37,109 bases of DNA, taken from positions 1 to 37,109 of the forward strand of contig JASDVE010000072.1 in NCBI GenBank assembly GCA_041891195.1, given 5' to 3'. The number at the start of each line of letters is the position of its first letter. Position 1 is the first letter of the stretch. The DNA is from Myxococcota bacterium. Its GTDB lineage: Bacteria > Myxococcota_A > UBA9160 > UBA4427. The translations under genes and the position numbers were made by a program. This document shows positions 34,974 to 37,109 of the stretch, piece by piece. The notes under the pieces were generated by a model that saw only the letters and a program-made list of their open reading frames with translations, was not told where the DNA came from and searched no databases.

Positions 34974-35885
34974 ATGAGAATCTGGATCGATACCGACATC
35001 GGAACGGACGTAGACGACGCTTTGACATTGGCGTACACGCTGCGGCATCCAGGCTTTGATGTCGTGGGAATTTCAACTGTGTTTGGCGATGTGGACCTGC
35101 GAAGCCAGATCGCCGTCGAGTTACTCCATATCTCGGGTGTGCCCGAACACCGCGACGTACCCGTTGTCACGGGTCTCGGTGTTCCAATCTCGCCGCATCG
35201 CCACGGTCTGATGTTTGGTCATGAAGGCGAGGGGCTGATCGTCGATGCGGAACCGAAGCGCAAAATCGAAGAAGAGCCGGACGCCGGTGCCAAGCTAGAT
35301 CGGCTTGCAGCCGCACTCGAGATCGCGCGGCCCGACGTCATCCTGGCCATCGGTCCGCTCACGAATCTGGCCGCGTTGTTGAATGCGGGTGTATCGCTGC
35401 CTCACCTCGCCATCATGGGTGGCAAGCTGCAAGACGTGATGCTGCCCGGCATGCTTCCCAACATTGCGGAATGGAATTGGTTCTGCGATCCGGTGTCGGT
35501 ACAGGTGGTGCTCGACGCAAAGCACGCGACGCTGCCGCGAATCATTCCGGCAGAAGTCACTTTCGCGACACAGCTCGACGACGGCGACGTCTCGCTTCTG
35601 TCTGAAGGCGATGCGCTTGCACAAATGTTGTCGAAGCTCTCCACCGTATGGCTCGATGTTCTACGAACATCCATCAGCAAAGCGCCACCACGGATCGCCC
35701 TTCACGACCCTCTTACCGCGGCCACTCTGGTTGAGCCGGGTCTGTGTCACTTCGAAGAGCGTCGTATCGAAGTCGATGGCGTTGGGGCATCACAGCCAGC
35801 AAGGGGTCCAGACAATATCGAAGCCGCCATCGACGTTGACAACGCCGCTTTGCGTGATCATTTGATGAAAACTTGGCTTCCATGA
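34974..35885 (+). CDS. Nucleoside hydrolase (IUNH family)
   Basis: The N-terminal fingerprint IWIDTDIGTDVDDALTLAY matches DxDxxxDD. 303 aa. Confidence 0.85.
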   Translation: MRIWIDTDIGTDVDDALTLAYTLRHPGFDVVGISTVFGDVDLRSQIAVELLHISGVPEHRDVPVVTGLGVPISPHRHGLMFGHEGEGLIVDAEPKRKIEEEPDAGAKLDRLAAALEIARPDVILAIGPLTNLAALLNAGVSLPHLAIMGGKLQDVMLPGMLPNIAEWNWFCDPVSVQVVLDAKHATLPRIIPAEVTFATQLDDGDVSLLSEGDALAQMLSKLSTVWLDVLRTSISKAPPRIALHDPLTAATLVEPGLCHFEERRIEVDGVGASQPARGPDNIEAAIDVDNAALRDHLMKTWLP

Positions 35886-35900
35886 TTCGGCAGATCTGAG

Positions 35901-37109
35901 ATGAGACGTCGTATCGCTTGGTCCGTGCTCGGATCGCTCGTGGTCGCTGGAGCCGCCTTCTACCTTTTGGGCCAGGGGTTCTTTGGCCGTCATGAAGGAG
36001 CCGGCGTTGTCACCCCTATCGAGCGGAACCTCGCACTTCGCACCGAGCGCGACACCGCAAGCGCCGTCGCAGCCCAAGCACTCGGCGAAGGTCCACGACG
36101 GATTCTGTTTGGCGATCTGCACGTTCACACGACCTTCTCGTCGGACGCATACGTGATGAGCTTGCCCCTGGTGTCGGGTGAGGGCGCGCATCCACCGGCC
36201 GACGCCTGCGACTTCGCGCGCCATTGTTCCGCATTGGATTTCTGGTCGATCAACGATCACGCCGAGTCACTCACCCCCGAACGGTGGCAGGAGACGATCG
36301 ACAGCATCCGTCAGTGCAACGCAGTCACGGATGATCGGAACCCGGATACAACCGCCTTCCTCGGTTGGGAGTGGAGTCAGGACGGAACCACCCCCGAAAA
36401 CCATTGGGGACATCGGAATATCGTCTTGCGCGACCTCGATGAAGCGAGCATCCCGGCGCGACCGATTGGCGCCCGGGGCAGCGACGGCGCGGTTGATCTT
36501 GTCACCATGGCGCCCGCGGCGCGGGCCGGCTTGGCCATTCTGATGCGCGATCGACGCACACTCGATTTCACGCGCTTTCTGGCCGAGAGCGAGGCAATGC
36601 CGCTGTGCCCGGATGGTGTCCCGGTTCGCGAGCTACCGCGCGATTGCCGCGAGTCGACGACGACTCCGGGCGAGTTGTTCAGCAAGCTCGACGACTGGGG
36701 GGTCGAATCTCTCGTCATTCCTCACGGCACGACGTGGGGAAATACAGCGCCCCCTGCGGCAAGCTGGGACAGTCAGATCGCCGGGTTGAACGCCGATCCT
36801 GCGCGACAGACGTTGGTCGAAATGTATTCGGGACATGGCAACTCTGAGGAGTATCGCAGCTTTCGGGCCGAGAACGTATCGGCGACGGGAAGCGAACGTT
36901 GCCCACAACCCACCCTCGGTCCAAGCGGCTTCGTACCGAATTGTTGGCGCGCCGGTGAGATCATCCGCGCGCGTTGCCTCGAGACGGGCGAAGGCGAAGA
37001 TGAAGACGAGTGTGACGAGCGTGCGCGGACAGCCCGTGCCAACCATGTCGCTGTTGGGCGGATGGGATTTCGCACCGTGCTCGGAGCGTCGGCGGAAGAT
37101 TGGTTGGAT
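35901..37109 (+). CDS. DUF3604-family protein (PHP-like metal-dependent phosphoesterase fold), 3' end outside the window
   Basis: Absent from the ORF track because it has no stop codon in the window. My own translation from ATG 35901 gives 403 stop-free codons. These are MRRRIAWSVLGSLVVAGAAFYLL (signal/TM) followed by ILFGDLHVHTTFSSDAY, DFWSINDHAE, GWEWSQ, IPHGTTWG and YSGHGNSEEY. Confidence 0.7.
   Translation, partial: MRRRIAWSVLGSLVVAGAAFYLLGQGFFGRHEGAGVVTPIERNLALRTERDTASAVAAQALGEGPRRILFGDLHVHTTFSSDAYVMSLPLVSGEGAHPPADACDFARHCSALDFWSINDHAESLTPERWQETIDSIRQCNAVTDDRNPDTTAFLGWEWSQDGTTPENHWGHRNIVLRDLDEASIPARPIGARGSDGAVDLVTMAPAARAGLAILMRDRRTLDFTRFLAESEAMPLCPDGVPVRELPRDCRESTTTPGELFSKLDDWGVESLVIPHGTTWGNTAPPAASWDSQIAGLNADPARQTLVEMYSGHGNSEEYRSFRAENVSATGSERCPQPTLGPSGFVPNCWRAGEIIRARCLETGEGEDEDECDERARTARANHVAVGRMGFRTVLGASAEDWLD

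Overview
GC-rich (about 58-60% by eye) bacterial chromosomal window, mostly housekeeping and catabolic genes. The lineage guess of Myxococcota/Bradymonadales-like deltaproteobacterium rests only on gene content and composition. Left to right: a phasin-like protein, glutaryl-CoA dehydrogenase, MurQ etherase, MutS2, a possible small chorismate mutase, an FAD oxidoreductase, an MtnX-like HAD phosphatase and a Tat-signal aldo/keto reductase. Then comes a 480-bp ORF-free region with a sigma54-type promoter and an extended RNA hairpin, followed by a GH20-like hexosaminidase, methylcrotonyl-CoA carboxylase beta and alpha subunits, two small membrane proteins, TesB and ValS. A 0.95-kb unresolved region precedes an XRE-like ORF overlapping a stand-alone rpsN-rpmE2 (cysteine-less S14 plus type-B L31) pair. 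After that come a VWA lipoprotein, a 0.93-kb gene-less region with a C10 homopolymer, a PAS hybrid histidine kinase, an HTTM protein, rpmB and an 11-bp tandem array. The right end holds an FtsH/M41-like protein with a degenerate HEXXH motif, a nucleoside hydrolase and a partial DUF3604 gene that the ORF track misses because it runs off the window. The most interesting locus is a translationally coupled minus-strand operon of two paralogous sensor kinases (hydrophobic segments, no evident extracytoplasmic domain), an NtrC-type sigma54 activator and PspA/IM30. It sits behind a sigma54-type promoter whose extended -12 region (GGCAT-N5-TTGCTTTATA) recurs at the second sigma54-like promoter at 9625. 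Both promoters have an upstream inverted repeat, an AT-rich tract and a structured leader. No tRNA, rRNA, CRISPR array or obvious mobile element was seen. All family calls come from motif recognition by eye; no database searches were run.
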